Counted from the first letter of the stretch, positions 1-7,963 are shown. The stretch: 14,454 nucleotides of DNA from Candidatus Nanohaloarchaea archaeon (GCA_030631505.1 DAOVKX010000019.1:1-14454); one strand, 5' to 3'. Program-made: numbers and translations. The notes: generated from the sequence alone by a model not told the origin.

Positions 1-2
1 AA

Positions 3-452
3 AAAATGGAAGCCATTCAAAAAGGCAAATACAATAAAACAAAAGTTCTTGAGGAGGCAAGGGAAGCTTTAACCGTGACTCTGGAGAAGTTTAAGAGGGA
101 AGAGAAGGAAATCGGTGAGGATCTTATAGGTTCTCTGGACGAAACAGAACGGATTGTGAACCAGTTAGGCAAATGCCCGAAATGCAAGAGTGGGACTTTA
201 ACCATAATGCGATCCAGAAACGGTGGGCGGTTCGTAGGGTGCAGTTCATACCCGAAATGCAACAACATTTACCCACTCCCAAGGCAGGGGATGATAAAAA
301 AGACAGATAAAATCTGCGAGAAATGCAACACTCCAATAGTAATCATAATAAACAAGGGCAGGAGGCCGTGGAACCTTTGTTTAGACCCTAAATGCCCTAC
401 GAAAAAGGACTGGAATACAAAGAAGACTAAAAAGAAAATCAAAAAATCTTAA
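3..452 (+). CDS. C-terminal end of a DNA topoisomerase (type IA, Topo I/III-like); two C4 zinc-ribbon repeats; 5' partial (frame open to window start)
   Basis: Two copies of the topoisomerase zinc-ribbon pattern C-x2-C ... G-x-F-x-GCS-x-YP-x-C: CPKCKSG...RFVGCSSYPKC and CEKCNTP...WNLCLDPKC. Lys-rich tail. No in-frame stop between position 3 and the first Met at 6, so the gene most likely begins upstream of the window. Confidence 0.65.
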   Translation, partial: KMEAIQKGKYNKTKVLEEAREALTVTLEKFKREEKEIGEDLIGSLDETERIVNQLGKCPKCKSGTLTIMRSRNGGRFVGCSSYPKCNNIYPLPRQGMIKKTDKICEKCNTPIVIIINKGRRPWNLCLDPKCPTKKDWNTKKTKKKIKKS

Positions 453-1134
453 ACCTTTTTTCAACATCAAACAAGCCTTTATTCCTAATCTCAAATTCTG
501 TTGAGATACCATCTGGCCTGAACCTGTGTTTTATTACTATTGCCTTTCTTTTGTTTCCGCTGAGTTTTTCCAGTTTTATTATGGTCTTGCATCCGTATCT
601 TGGTATGTCCCTACCGACCATTTGTATTTCACCAGAGTCAAAGTCAGAGTAAACCTGATTTGTTACAAGGACAGGTATCTTCTTTTCTCTTGCAATTTTT
701 GAAAGTATTGACAACTGGTTGCTTAGCTTGTAATTGGCTTTCTGGTAATCGTCTTCATGCAGAGCCAGCCGGTAAAAACTCACGAGGGAATCAACCACGA
801 TTAAGCCAACTGTGTCGTTTTTTACTAATTTTTTGTCCAGAGTTTCTATTACGTTGTTCTGCTCTTCAAAGGTTTTGGGCTCTATGAGAATGACTTTTTC
901 CAGCAAATCCTTGTCTTCTCCTGCAATCTGGAAGAATCTCTCGACAGAGAAACCTCCTTCAGAATCTATAAATATAACTTTTTTCCCTGTTCTTATGCAT
1001 GAAACTGCTGCCTGGATTGTGAAATTTGTTTTTCCACTTGCCCAGGAGCCATAAACATTAGTTACAACTCCGGGCTCTAATCCTCCACCAATCAGGGAAT
1101 CCACGCTTTTTGCTGCCAGAGAGATTTTTTCCAT
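439..1134 (-). CDS. radB: DNA repair/recombination protein RadB (archaeal RecA/RadA paralog)
   Basis: 231 aa, the size of RadB, with no N-terminal HhH domain as RadA would have. Walker A GSWASGKT and Walker B-like LIVVDS. RecA-fold ATPase core. Convergent 14-nt overlap with the topoisomerase 3' end. Confidence 0.8.
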   Translation of the reverse strand: MEKISLAAKSVDSLIGGGLEPGVVTNVYGSWASGKTNFTIQAAVSCIRTGKKVIFIDSEGGFSVERFFQIAGEDKDLLEKVILIEPKTFEEQNNVIETLDKKLVKNDTVGLIVVDSLVSFYRLALHEDDYQKANYKLSNQLSILSKIAREKKIPVLVTNQVYSDFDSGEIQMVGRDIPRYGCKTIIKLEKLSGNKRKAIVIKHRFRPDGISTEFEIRNKGLFDVEKRFKIF

Positions 1135-1168
1135 AAATTAAGTTTGCAGTGCAAATATTTAATCTTGA

Positions 1169-1387
1169 TTACAGCGCTTTTTTCAGTTTCAACTCTGTAC
1201 CGTCCTTTAGTTTTATTGTTACATCAATTTCTTCAACCTGATCCAAAGATTTTAATGCGTTTTCCAAGCCGGACAAAACAGAATCAATTTTCCCTTCAAC
1301 AGTATCTGCTAGTTCTGTCTGCTTGCTCAAAAAGTTTTCTTTCTTCTTTTTTAGCTCTTCTTTAACATCAATAATTTTATCCGACAT
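1169..1387 (-). CDS. hypothetical small coiled-coil protein (72 aa)
   Basis: Complete ORF, charged and Leu-rich heptad-like sequence (EELKKKKENFLSKQTELADTVEGKIDSVLSGLENALKSL). Start codon preceded by GGTGAT SD inside a duplicated 52-bp cassette. No recognisable domain. Confidence 0.5.
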   Translation of the reverse strand: MSDKIIDVKEELKKKKENFLSKQTELADTVEGKIDSVLSGLENALKSLDQVEEIDVTIKLKDGTELKLKKAL

Positions 1388-1436
1388 ATAATCACCATTT
1401 AATATTAGTGTTCGTAGATTTAAGTTTTTTTGTTAA
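1385..1436 (-). repeat. 52-bp perfect direct repeat, copy 1 (stop codon of the upstream gene, then promoter/SD, then the ATG of the 72-aa gene)
   Basis: catataatcaccatttaatattagtgttcgtagatttaagtttttttgttaa is identical to 1853-1904. On the minus strand it reads TAA, then A-rich, then cttaaat (TATA-like), then atattaaat, then GGTGAT, then tat, then ATG. Confidence 0.9.
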
Positions 1437-1855
1437 CCCATTAAATATTCCGAAGTTTCATTAAGCGTTATTTTTCCCAATTCAGAGAAAAAGTTCCTTA
1501 TTTGCTCTTTTTCTTTAATGGCAAGGTCTTTACCTTCATATGCTTTTGTTAACGCATTTTTTATTTTCTCTAAATGCTTATAAGGGTTTTCTTCAATAAC
1601 CTTTTGGCGTGTTAAGTTACATAACACTTCGGTATTATATCTATGATTAGTAAAAATTTGCGGGTTGCCACACAACCCATTATTCATTAAATCTTTAGCT
1701 CTTTTAGTGCTATCAATCTGAGCAATTCCTCTTTCTATCAGGTCATAGGGTTCTTTATTTTTATAACTCTCTTTGCAAAAAGCTTTAACCAATTCGTCAG
1801 ATAAGAAACCAACATTTAATGAGTCTGTAATTTCAAGGGCAGCGTGTCTGTTCAT
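1433..1855 (-). CDS. hypothetical protein (140 aa)
   Basis: Complete ORF. Its TAA stop lies in repeat copy 1 and its ATG in repeat copy 2, so it is flanked on both sides by the identical 52-bp cassette. No recognisable motifs. Confidence 0.5.
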   Translation of the reverse strand: MNRHAALEITDSLNVGFLSDELVKAFCKESYKNKEPYDLIERGIAQIDSTKRAKDLMNNGLCGNPQIFTNHRYNTEVLCNLTRQKVIEENPYKHLEKIKNALTKAYEGKDLAIKEKEQIRNFFSELGKITLNETSEYLMG

Positions 1856-1904
1856 ATAATCACCATTTAATATTAGTGTTCGTAGATTTAAGTTTTTTTG
1901 TTAA
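1853..1904 (-). repeat. 52-bp perfect direct repeat, copy 2 (stop of the 103-aa gene, then promoter/SD, then the ATG of the 140-aa gene)
   Basis: Identical to 1385-1436 (read directly from the sequence). Confidence 0.9.
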
Positions 1905-2212
1905 AAATTACCTTTCATTCCATTATCAATAAATTCTTTCATTTGCTTAATTTTCCATTCTATATAGTCTTTATTATCTTCATTGTTTGTATTGAGAGGA
2001 TTCAAGTCTCTGTTTGATTCCTGGACTGGAAGATGAAGACCGGATTTATAAATAATTTCTGAAAATTTATCTTCAGAAGCGCGCTCTACATTATCGGATG
2101 TGACAATACCGAACATCACATTGTTAAATTCATCATCATCAAGGATTTTCAGGTACAAAACGTGTCCTTCATGTTCATCCAAAAAATAGCTTTTGCCCAC
2201 CTGCAATTTCAT
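1901..2212 (-). CDS. hypothetical protein (103 aa)
   Basis: Complete ORF, acidic, no recognisable motifs. Divergent from the 2296 ORF across a TATA-rich spacer (tttatataaacaaaacatatataaag). Confidence 0.45.
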   Translation of the reverse strand: MKLQVGKSYFLDEHEGHVLYLKILDDDEFNNVMFGIVTSDNVERASEDKFSEIIYKSGLHLPVQESNRDLNPLNTNNEDNKDYIEWKIKQMKEFIDNGMKGNF

Positions 2213-2261
2213 ATTATTATTCCTTGTTTAAACCATTAAAAATCTTAGTTAGTGTTTATAT

Positions 2262-2285
2262 AAACAAAACATATATAAAGTTTGA
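2262..2285. promoter_or_regulatory. Divergent promoter region with two TATA-like boxes (tttatataaa / atatataaag)
   Basis: AT-rich spacer between minus-strand gene start 2212 and plus-strand gene start 2296. Archaeal TATA-box-like octamers. Confidence 0.35.
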
Positions 2286-2295
2286 CTTTTAAAGA

Positions 2296-2616
2296 TTGCC
2301 TATGAGGGCTATATTAATTACCTTTTCAGCAAAGTCTTCAAAATTTAATTCAGCTTATGAGAGAAACCAATTTTACAGGGAGCTTTATGGCTGGAAACAA
2401 ATAATAATAAGGAATTACAGAAGGTATGAATATCAAAAAAGTGGACTGATGGATGAGATACCCCACATAAAAGTTGACAAGAGCGTTTTCATTGTTGCAA
2501 GAAATAATTTGGAACGATTAAGAATGTTTTTTAACAAGTGGGATGATAAAACGAGATTCAGTTCCTTTGAAATAAAGATAAATAAAGAGGAAGCCAAAAC
2601 AATAAAAGTGGAGTGA
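2296..2616 (+). CDS. hypothetical small protein (106 aa) translationally coupled to cdc48
   Basis: Complete ORF ending 4 nt before the cdc48 ATG. Alternating beta/alpha pattern (AILITFS, FYRELYGW, QIIIRNY, KSVFIVA). No confident family assignment. Confidence 0.5.
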   Translation: MPMRAILITFSAKSSKFNSAYERNQFYRELYGWKQIIIRNYRRYEYQKSGLMDEIPHIKVDKSVFIVARNNLERLRMFFNKWDDKTRFSSFEIKINKEEAKTIKVE

Positions 2617-2620
2617 TGTT

Positions 2621-4879
2621 ATGTCTGAGAACGAAATTCAGTTAAGGGTGGGGGAGATACCCTCGAATGCGCAGAGCGATATTGGTGTTGGGATAGTGCG
2701 GCTTGATGTTAAGATACTGCATGAGCTTGGTTTACGGGAAGGCGATGCTGTAGAGATTGAGGGCAAAAGGAAAACAGGAGCCATTGCATTAAGGGCGTAT
2801 CCTAATGATGTTGGACTGAATGTTGTGAGAATGGACGGTTATATGAGAAGAAACTCCGGAACGAGCATTGGCGAGAAAATTACAATTAAGCCGCTGGAAC
2901 TCAAAGAGGCAAAAAAAGTTACAGTTGCTCCTGCTGAGAAAGGCATAATGGTTCAGGTTCCCGGGGAGCAGGTAAAACGGGCGCTGATGGGGCGGATTGT
3001 TGCAAAGGGCGATATAGTTGTGCCTGCAACAAGAAGAAAAGAAGCTTTCGGGGATTTCTTCGGGATAGATTTTGATGAGTTATTCGGGGGTTTTGGCTTT
3101 GGCGAGACCCGGTTTATAATTGCGGGCACGGCGCCCAAGGAAATATGCAAGATTACTGACCTGACAGAGTTTATTGTCAAGCCAAAAGCAGTGGATATAA
3201 AGGAAGACCAGCTTATGTCCACGGGTATAACTTACGAGGACATAGGTGGTTTGCATGAAGAGGTGAAGAAAGTCAGGGAGATGATTGAACTTCCTTTAAA
3301 GCACCCTGAACTGTTTAGCCGGCTGGGCATTGACCCGCCAAAAGGAGTTCTTCTGCATGGGACGCCTGGGACAGGCAAGACCCTGATTGCAAAGGCAGTT
3401 GCAAATGAGTCCGGGGCAAGTTTCTATTCAATTGCAGGGCCTGAAGTTATGAGCAAATGGTATGGCCAGTCAGAGGAAAATCTAAGGAACATTTTCAAGG
3501 AAGCGCAGGAAAATGCGCCCTCAATAATCTTTATAGATGAGATTGATGCGCTGGCTCCGAAACGGGAGAATGTTACCGGGGAAGTTGAAAGAAGAGTTGT
3601 CGCGCAACTGCTTGCTGTGATGGATGGCCTGCAGGCAAGAGGTGATGTGATAGTCATTGCCGCAACAAACATACCAAATTCAATAGACCCTGCACTGAGG
3701 CGACCGGGAAGGTTTGACCGGGAAATAGAGATAAATGTTCCGAGCAGGAGAGGAAGGAAGGAAATTTTGCAGATACATATGAGAGGGATGCCTCTTGGAA
3801 AAGATGTTGATGTTGACGGTCTTGCTGAAATAACCCACGGGTTTGTCGGCGCTGATTTGTCAGCTCTGGCAAGGGAAGCTGCAATGAGCTCTTTGAGGAG
3901 GATTCTGCCGGATATAAACCTGAAGGATGAGAAGATACCGCGGGAAGTTCTGGAAAAACTGGAAGTGACAAACAAGGATTTTAAGAACGCTCTTTTGGTT
4001 GTTGAGCCGTCTGCGATGAGAGAGGTTCTTGTTGAAATTCCAAAACTTAACTGGGATGACATCGGTGGACTTGACGAAGCCAAGCAGTACCTGAAGGAAA
4101 TGGTTGAATGGCCATTGAAACATCCTGATGCATTTAAGCGGATGGGCATAACGCCGCCCAAGGGCATTCTGCTTTACGGCCTGCCAGGGACAGGCAAGAC
4201 TTTACTTGCGAGAGCTGTTGCAAATGAAAGCAAATCCAATTTTATAGCTATAACCGGCTCCGAGGTGTTTTCCAAGTGGGTCGGCGAATCAGAAAAAAGA
4301 GTAAGGGAGGTTTTCAAGAGAGCAAGGCAGGTAGCGCCTTCAATTGTGTTTATCGATGAGATTGATGCTGTGGCACCTAAAAGAGGACACTCTCATGATT
4401 CAGGGTCTGCAGACCGTGTGGTTAACCAGATTTTGAGTGAGCTGGATGGATTAACCGGTTTGAGTGGTGTTGTTGTCATTGCGGCGACAAACCGGCCTGA
4501 CATAATAGACCCGTCGCTTTTGAGACCCGGCCGATTTGACAGGCATCTTTATGTTCCTGTTCCTGACAAAAAGACAAGGAAGAAAATATTTGAAATCTAC
4601 ACCAAAGATATGCCATTGGATAAAGGTGTAAACATAGACAACCTTGTTTCAAAAACAGAAAATTATGTCGGGGCAGACATCGAATCTGTCTGCAGGGAGG
4701 CGGCAATAAATGCTTTAAGGAAGGATATAAAATCAAAGAAAGTTACAAAAAAGGATTTTGAAAACTCCCTTGAACGAGTAAAGCCTTCTATAAGAGGAAA
4801 CGACGTTGAGGAATACAAAAAAAGAGTCAGCACAACAAAAGAGCTGTCAGTTTCCAATGACATTGATTATGTCGGGTGA
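2621..4879 (+). CDS. cdc48: Cdc48/VCP/p97-like double AAA+ ATPase
   Basis: 752 aa. N-domain (double-psi barrel-like). D1 Walker A GTPGTGKT and Walker [11 protein letters not shown]2 Walker A GLPGTGKT and Walker [13 protein letters not shown] regions. SD GGAGTGAT upstream of the ATG. Confidence 0.95.
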   Translation: MSENEIQLRVGEIPSNAQSDIGVGIVRLDVKILHELGLREGDAVEIEGKRKTGAIALRAYPNDVGLNVVRMDGYMRRNSGTSIGEKITIKPLELKEAKKVTVAPAEKGIMVQVPGEQVKRALMGRIVAKGDIVVPATRRKEAFGDFFGIDFDELFGGFGFGETRFIIAGTAPKEICKITDLTEFIVKPKAVDIKEDQLMSTGITYEDIGGLHEEVKKVREMIELPLKHPELFSRLGIDPPKGVLLHGTPGTGKTLIAKAVANESGASFYSIAGPEVMSKWYGQSEENLRNIFKEAQENAPSIIFIDEIDALAPKRENVTGEVERRVVAQLLAVMDGLQARGDVIVIAATNIPNSIDPALRRPGRFDREIEINVPSRRGRKEILQIHMRGMPLGKDVDVDGLAEITHGFVGADLSALAREAAMSSLRRILPDINLKDEKIPREVLEKLEVTNKDFKNALLVVEPSAMREVLVEIPKLNWDDIGGLDEAKQYLKEMVEWPLKHPDAFKRMGITPPKGILLYGLPGTGKTLLARAVANESKSNFIAITGSEVFSKWVGESEKRVREVFKRARQVAPSIVFIDEIDAVAPKRGHSHDSGSADRVVNQILSELDGLTGLSGVVVIAATNRPDIIDPSLLRPGRFDRHLYVPVPDKKTRKKIFEIYTKDMPLDKGVNIDNLVSKTENYVGADIESVCREAAINALRKDIKSKKVTKKDFENSLERVKPSIRGNDVEEYKKRVSTTKELSVSNDIDYVG

Positions 4880-4910
4880 GATTGAGGGTTTTTGGTAATG
4901 TTGTTATGCC

Positions 4911-4932
4911 TAATCCTCAAAAAAGAGGATTA
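4911..4932 (+). terminator. Hairpin (8-bp stem taatcctc/gaggatta, 6-nt A loop) downstream of the cdc48 stop, after an oligo-T run at 4889-4893
   Basis: Perfect inverted repeat read from the sequence. The oligo-T immediately after the stop is a typical archaeal termination signal. Confidence 0.35.
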
Positions 4933-5009
4933 AAAAGATAATAATTGGGTCGTTAAGTGTGTTGTAAAGTTAACGGGGCTTTATAAATAAAAAATTATAA
5001 AATATCTTT

Positions 5010-5780
5010 ATGAAAAAATCTAATTATAAAATGAAAATTAAAGCCTTGAGAATAGATGAAGAAAAGAGAAGAAGAATAGCAACCAATTCTTCAGAATTAA
5101 GGAAACGAGCTTATGAAGAAGCTATTTCATGGAAAGGTGGAACACTTTCAGATAAAAAATCCTATCTTATGTATGAATATTCTAATTATAAAATAGTTCT
5201 TAAAAAACCTGGAAAAGAGTCTCCTATAGAATATAATCGATGTACGTATAAAGATAGAACAAAGGGAAATAATCCTAACGACATGACTCCGACGCTTATA
5301 AAAGATGGAGAAATTCATGAAAATAAATTAGGATTTGATAATATCTTTGAGATGATTCATTCAATAAAAGATGAACGGGCACTTGAAATATTAGGAACTA
5401 TACTTTTTAGGATGGCTTATATGTTAGAATATAAAAATAATGAAGAGGGAAAGGTAAGATTAAATATCTCTGAAGAGGGCTTAAAAATCTTAGAAGATAA
5501 ATGCCCACTAGTCAAAGATATCCCGATAAAAGTTTTTTTAGCAATGTTGGAAATAATTTCTCTCAATGAAGATGTTAAATATCACACTTTGGGTTATAAT
5601 GACAATTTTAAGAATGGAACCGGGAAAAGAAATAATCTTCTCACATATGTAAGACTTATTGCAGTTCTTTTAGAGAGAGAATCATTTTTCTCATTTGCTG
5701 GTTCTTTTGCAAGACCGCCTGTTGGAATTTCATCTATATCAAATTCAAAGGCATTTAAAATATTTCCAGATTTAGTTTAA
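5010..5780 (+). CDS. hypothetical protein (256 aa); candidate restriction endonuclease partner of the adjacent C5-MTase
   Basis: Complete ORF in very low-GC DNA. Convergent with the MTase, with 6 nt between stop codons. No recognisable catalytic motif, so the R-M role is inferred from context only. Confidence 0.5.
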   Translation: MKKSNYKMKIKALRIDEEKRRRIATNSSELRKRAYEEAISWKGGTLSDKKSYLMYEYSNYKIVLKKPGKESPIEYNRCTYKDRTKGNNPNDMTPTLIKDGEIHENKLGFDNIFEMIHSIKDERALEILGTILFRMAYMLEYKNNEEGKVRLNISEEGLKILEDKCPLVKDIPIKVFLAMLEIISLNEDVKYHTLGYNDNFKNGTGKRNNLLTYVRLIAVLLERESFFSFAGSFARPPVGISSISNSKAFKIFPDLV

Positions 5781-5786
5781 TAAAAA

Positions 5787-7016
5787 TTAATCTAATTTTA
5801 AAGAAAGTTCTTTTCCAATTCTTTCTATAACTCCAATAACTAAAGCATTTCCCATAAGAAAAGCTCTTTTTATATTTGTGCAACCTTTTGTATGGTTGTC
5901 GGGAAACATATTTAATCTTTCAAGTTCTAAAGGCATTAATCTTCTCAATCTCCCATTTTCAGTTTTTACTACATGCTTAAATCTTGAAGGTGTAGAACCA
6001 CCTTCTCCAGTAATTATTGTTCTGGAAGGCTTATCTAATGAATCGGGGAAAATCATTGCACCTTCATTATAATTATAATAAAAATTTCGACTTTTGTTAA
6101 ATCGTTTTTCTCTTTTTGCACCCTTAAGATATTCCCATTTTTCATATTCTCCATTCACAAAAAATTCTTCAGGTATTTTTTCTTCAGGTAATACAATATC
6201 TCCCAAAGTAATTCTCTCTCCATCATAATCTGGAAAAACTTTTGCAGTAAATATCTTTCTATCAATTATAATACCACAATTTTGAAATGGACTAAATTTT
6301 CCTTTTTTGTTGAAATTATTTGTAACTTCAATTAAGTTTCCATCTATGTTGAATTTTTTTTTGAAAAAGATTTTATTTATATTTATGCCAAATGCTTTTG
6401 CTAAAGTTCCATTATTAAAAATCCATTTCTCAGAATTATCTTTTTTAATTTCTTTATATATTGATGATTTTTTATGGTATCCCATAATAAAAATTCTTCT
6501 TCTTCTTTGAGGCATCCCGTAATCTGCTGCATTAATTATTCTCCATTCCACAATATAACCTAAATTAGATAATGATGATAAAATAATTGCAAAATCTCTC
6601 CCCCTCTGACTTGCTGGAGAACTCAATAATCTATCAACATTTTCTAATAAAATAAATTCTGGTTTATTTTTATTATCTCTTAAAATTCTATGGATTTCCC
6701 ACCATAAAACTCCTTTTTTTCCAGTAATTCCTTTTGATTGACTTAAACATTTAGCCACAGAATAATCTTGACATGGAAAACCACCAACTAAAATATTGTG
6801 TTCGGGGAGTTCATCAATAGAAACTTTTGCGATATCCTTATTTGAGTGGTTTTCTTCTCCAAATCTTTTTATATAAATTTCAGAGGCTTCTTGACTTTTT
6901 GTTTTTGGCTCCCATTGATTACTCCAAACCATTTCAAATTTTTCAGAAGCATTGGTTAATCCAATTCGAAACCCACCAACTCCGGCGAATAATTCAACAA
7001 TTTTAATTTTTTCCAT
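5787..7016 (-). CDS. DNA (cytosine-5)-methyltransferase (Dcm/M.HhaI-type)
   Basis: Motif I FAGVGGF, motif IV GFPCQDYS (PCQ), motif VI LLENV, motif VIII QRRRRIF, motif X GNALVIG. 409 aa. Confidence 0.9.
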   Translation of the reverse strand: MEKIKIVELFAGVGGFRIGLTNASEKFEMVWSNQWEPKTKSQEASEIYIKRFGEENHSNKDIAKVSIDELPEHNILVGGFPCQDYSVAKCLSQSKGITGKKGVLWWEIHRILRDNKNKPEFILLENVDRLLSSPASQRGRDFAIILSSLSNLGYIVEWRIINAADYGMPQRRRRIFIMGYHKKSSIYKEIKKDNSEKWIFNNGTLAKAFGININKIFFKKKFNIDGNLIEVTNNFNKKGKFSPFQNCGIIIDRKIFTAKVFPDYDGERITLGDIVLPEEKIPEEFFVNGEYEKWEYLKGAKREKRFNKSRNFYYNYNEGAMIFPDSLDKPSRTIITGEGGSTPSRFKHVVKTENGRLRRLMPLELERLNMFPDNHTKGCTNIKRAFLMGNALVIGVIERIGKELSLKLD

Positions 7017-7022
7017 TTTTTT

Positions 7023-7172
7023 CTACCTTTTTTTATTAAATATAGTTTTTAGTTTATCCCAATAGGGGCTTTTGCATTTAGGACAAACTATAGGTTTATC
7101 GTTTCCATCTCTCGGTATCCAAGTATGTCCACATCTTGAGCATTTGTAACCTTTTAGCATTATTTCTGGCAT
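7023..7172 (-). CDS. 49-aa zinc-ribbon protein (CxxC-x13-CxxC) immediately upstream of the MTase; not in the supplied ORF track
   Basis: Manual translation of the minus strand gives MPEIMLKGYKCSRCGHTWIPRDGNDKPIVCPKCKSPYWDKLKTIFNKKR*. Its stop is 6 nt before the MTase ATG. Confidence 0.5.
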   Translation of the reverse strand: MPEIMLKGYKCSRCGHTWIPRDGNDKPIVCPKCKSPYWDKLKTIFNKKR

Positions 7173-7194
7173 ACAATAACTATGTACCCTTTAG

Positions 7195-7205
7195 TATATA
7201 AACTT
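7195..7205 (+). promoter_or_regulatory. TATA-like box (tatataaactt) in the divergent spacer between the zinc-ribbon gene and the plus-strand small ORF
   Basis: AT-rich octamer about 50 nt upstream of the ATG at 7249. Confidence 0.3.
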
Positions 7206-7248
7206 AAAGGGATTACTAATAAGCGACAACTTTAAGTGCAAAAGCATA

Positions 7249-7386
7249 ATGAAAGGAATTGAGATATACTACAATTTCATAACCAAGCATCAGGCAATTA
7301 AGAAATGCCTTTATGAGCTGGCTGTTTCTGAATTGAAATTAAATTCTGAGAATAAGTGGTTGGAATTGATTAAATTAGCGAAGTGA
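7249..7386 (+). CDS. possible small ORF (45 aa), MKGIEIYYNFITKHQAIKKCLYELAVSELKLNSENKWLELIKLAK
   Basis: First ATG in an open frame downstream of the TATA-like box. No SD and no homology recognised, so it may be non-coding. Confidence 0.25.
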   Translation: MKGIEIYYNFITKHQAIKKCLYELAVSELKLNSENKWLELIKLAK

Positions 7387-7476
7387 TGAAAGACATGATT
7401 AAGAAGTTCTTAAAAAATAAAGCTTAAATACTATTTTTACCAATTATATACTATAATAAGTTGAATGTGGTAATAA

Positions 7477-7656
7477 ATGGTAAAAATAGCCAAAAATAAC
7501 CGAATTACAATCCCTTCTGAAATAATGAATCTAAAAGGTTGGAGTGAAGGTACAGAGCTTATATTTGTTCCATTTAACCAAGATGCAAAAGACACACTGG
7601 AAAGAGAAACACCGATTGTTCTGAACGAAGTAATAAGGAAAGAGCGAGTTAAATGA
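7477..7656 (+). CDS. AbrB/SpoVT/MazE-family swapped-hairpin DNA-binding protein (59 aa), antitoxin/regulator-like
   Basis: MVKIAKNNRITIPSEIMNLKGWSEGTELIFVP matches the K-x-ITIP-x-EI-x-LG...G-x-L pattern of SpoVT_AbrB domains. The stop overlaps the next ATG (ATGA). Not in the ORF track because it is under 60 aa. Confidence 0.7.
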   Translation: MVKIAKNNRITIPSEIMNLKGWSEGTELIFVPFNQDAKDTLERETPIVLNEVIRKERVK

Positions 7657-7961
7657 TAGAAAAAAACGATAACTATTTAAACTTTAATGTTACACATAGT
7701 AGCATGGGAGAATTATTAAGTAGTCTAAAGGAGAAAGAAGAAATAAGTAATATTTGTAAAGAACGTTCGTTAAACATCATTTTATTAAAAAATTTATTTT
7801 TTTGGAGTGCACAAGGGTTTAATAATGTTGAGTTAGCAAGGAAATTAGGTGTTCATAGAGTTACAGTTCAAAGATACAGTAGCACATTAAAGAAAATGAA
7901 AGTAGAAGAGTATCATAAATTATTTAATTACATATCTAAAGGATTACGTAATGGGGTATAA
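7653..7961 (+). CDS. HTH DNA-binding protein with sigma-70 region-4-like helix-turn-helix (102 aa)
   Basis: LSSLKEKEEISNICKERSLNI....GFNNVELARKLGVHRVTVQRY resembles sigma70_r4 / LuxR-type HTHs. 4-nt ATGA overlap with the AbrB-like gene. Its stop is 2 nt before the next gene. Confidence 0.55.
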   Translation: MIEKNDNYLNFNVTHSSMGELLSSLKEKEEISNICKERSLNIILLKNLFFWSAQGFNNVELARKLGVHRVTVQRYSSTLKKMKVEEYHKLFNYISKGLRNGV

Positions 7962-7963
7962 AG

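Noticed and set aside
17-1054. ORFs 17..268(-), 124..336(-), 600..887(+), 812..1054(+)
   Set aside because: Antisense shadows of the topoisomerase C-terminus and radB.
1144-1365. ORF 1144..1365 (+), 73 aa
   Set aside because: Antisense to the 72-aa coiled-coil gene. It has no start-signal context, whereas the minus-strand gene carries the SD and duplicated cassette.
2296-2616. Idea that the 106-aa ORF is a Cas2 or VapD homolog
   Set aside because: Only a generic beta-alpha-beta secondary-structure resemblance. The conserved N-terminal Asp and the YG.R.Q.SVFEC block of Cas2 are missing, and there is no CRISPR array or other cas genes in the window.
2953-4863. Minus-strand ORFs inside cdc48 (2953..3222, 3424..4167, 3654..3971, 3860..4123, 4476..4736, 4663..4863)
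   Set aside because: They lie antisense within a high-confidence AAA+ ATPase gene. Their composition is Ser/Leu/Arg-rich and typical of shadow ORFs, with no motifs.
4947-4979. Small inverted repeat cgttaa...ttaacg in the cdc48-island spacer
   Set aside because: A 6-bp stem with a 13-nt loop in AT-rich DNA. It is too weak to call a structured element, and the spacer is more likely just the promoter region for the 5010 gene.
5878-6510. ORFs 5878..6072 (+) and 6307..6510 (+)
   Set aside because: They lie inside the C5-MTase gene on the opposite strand. They are low-complexity, AT-driven open frames.
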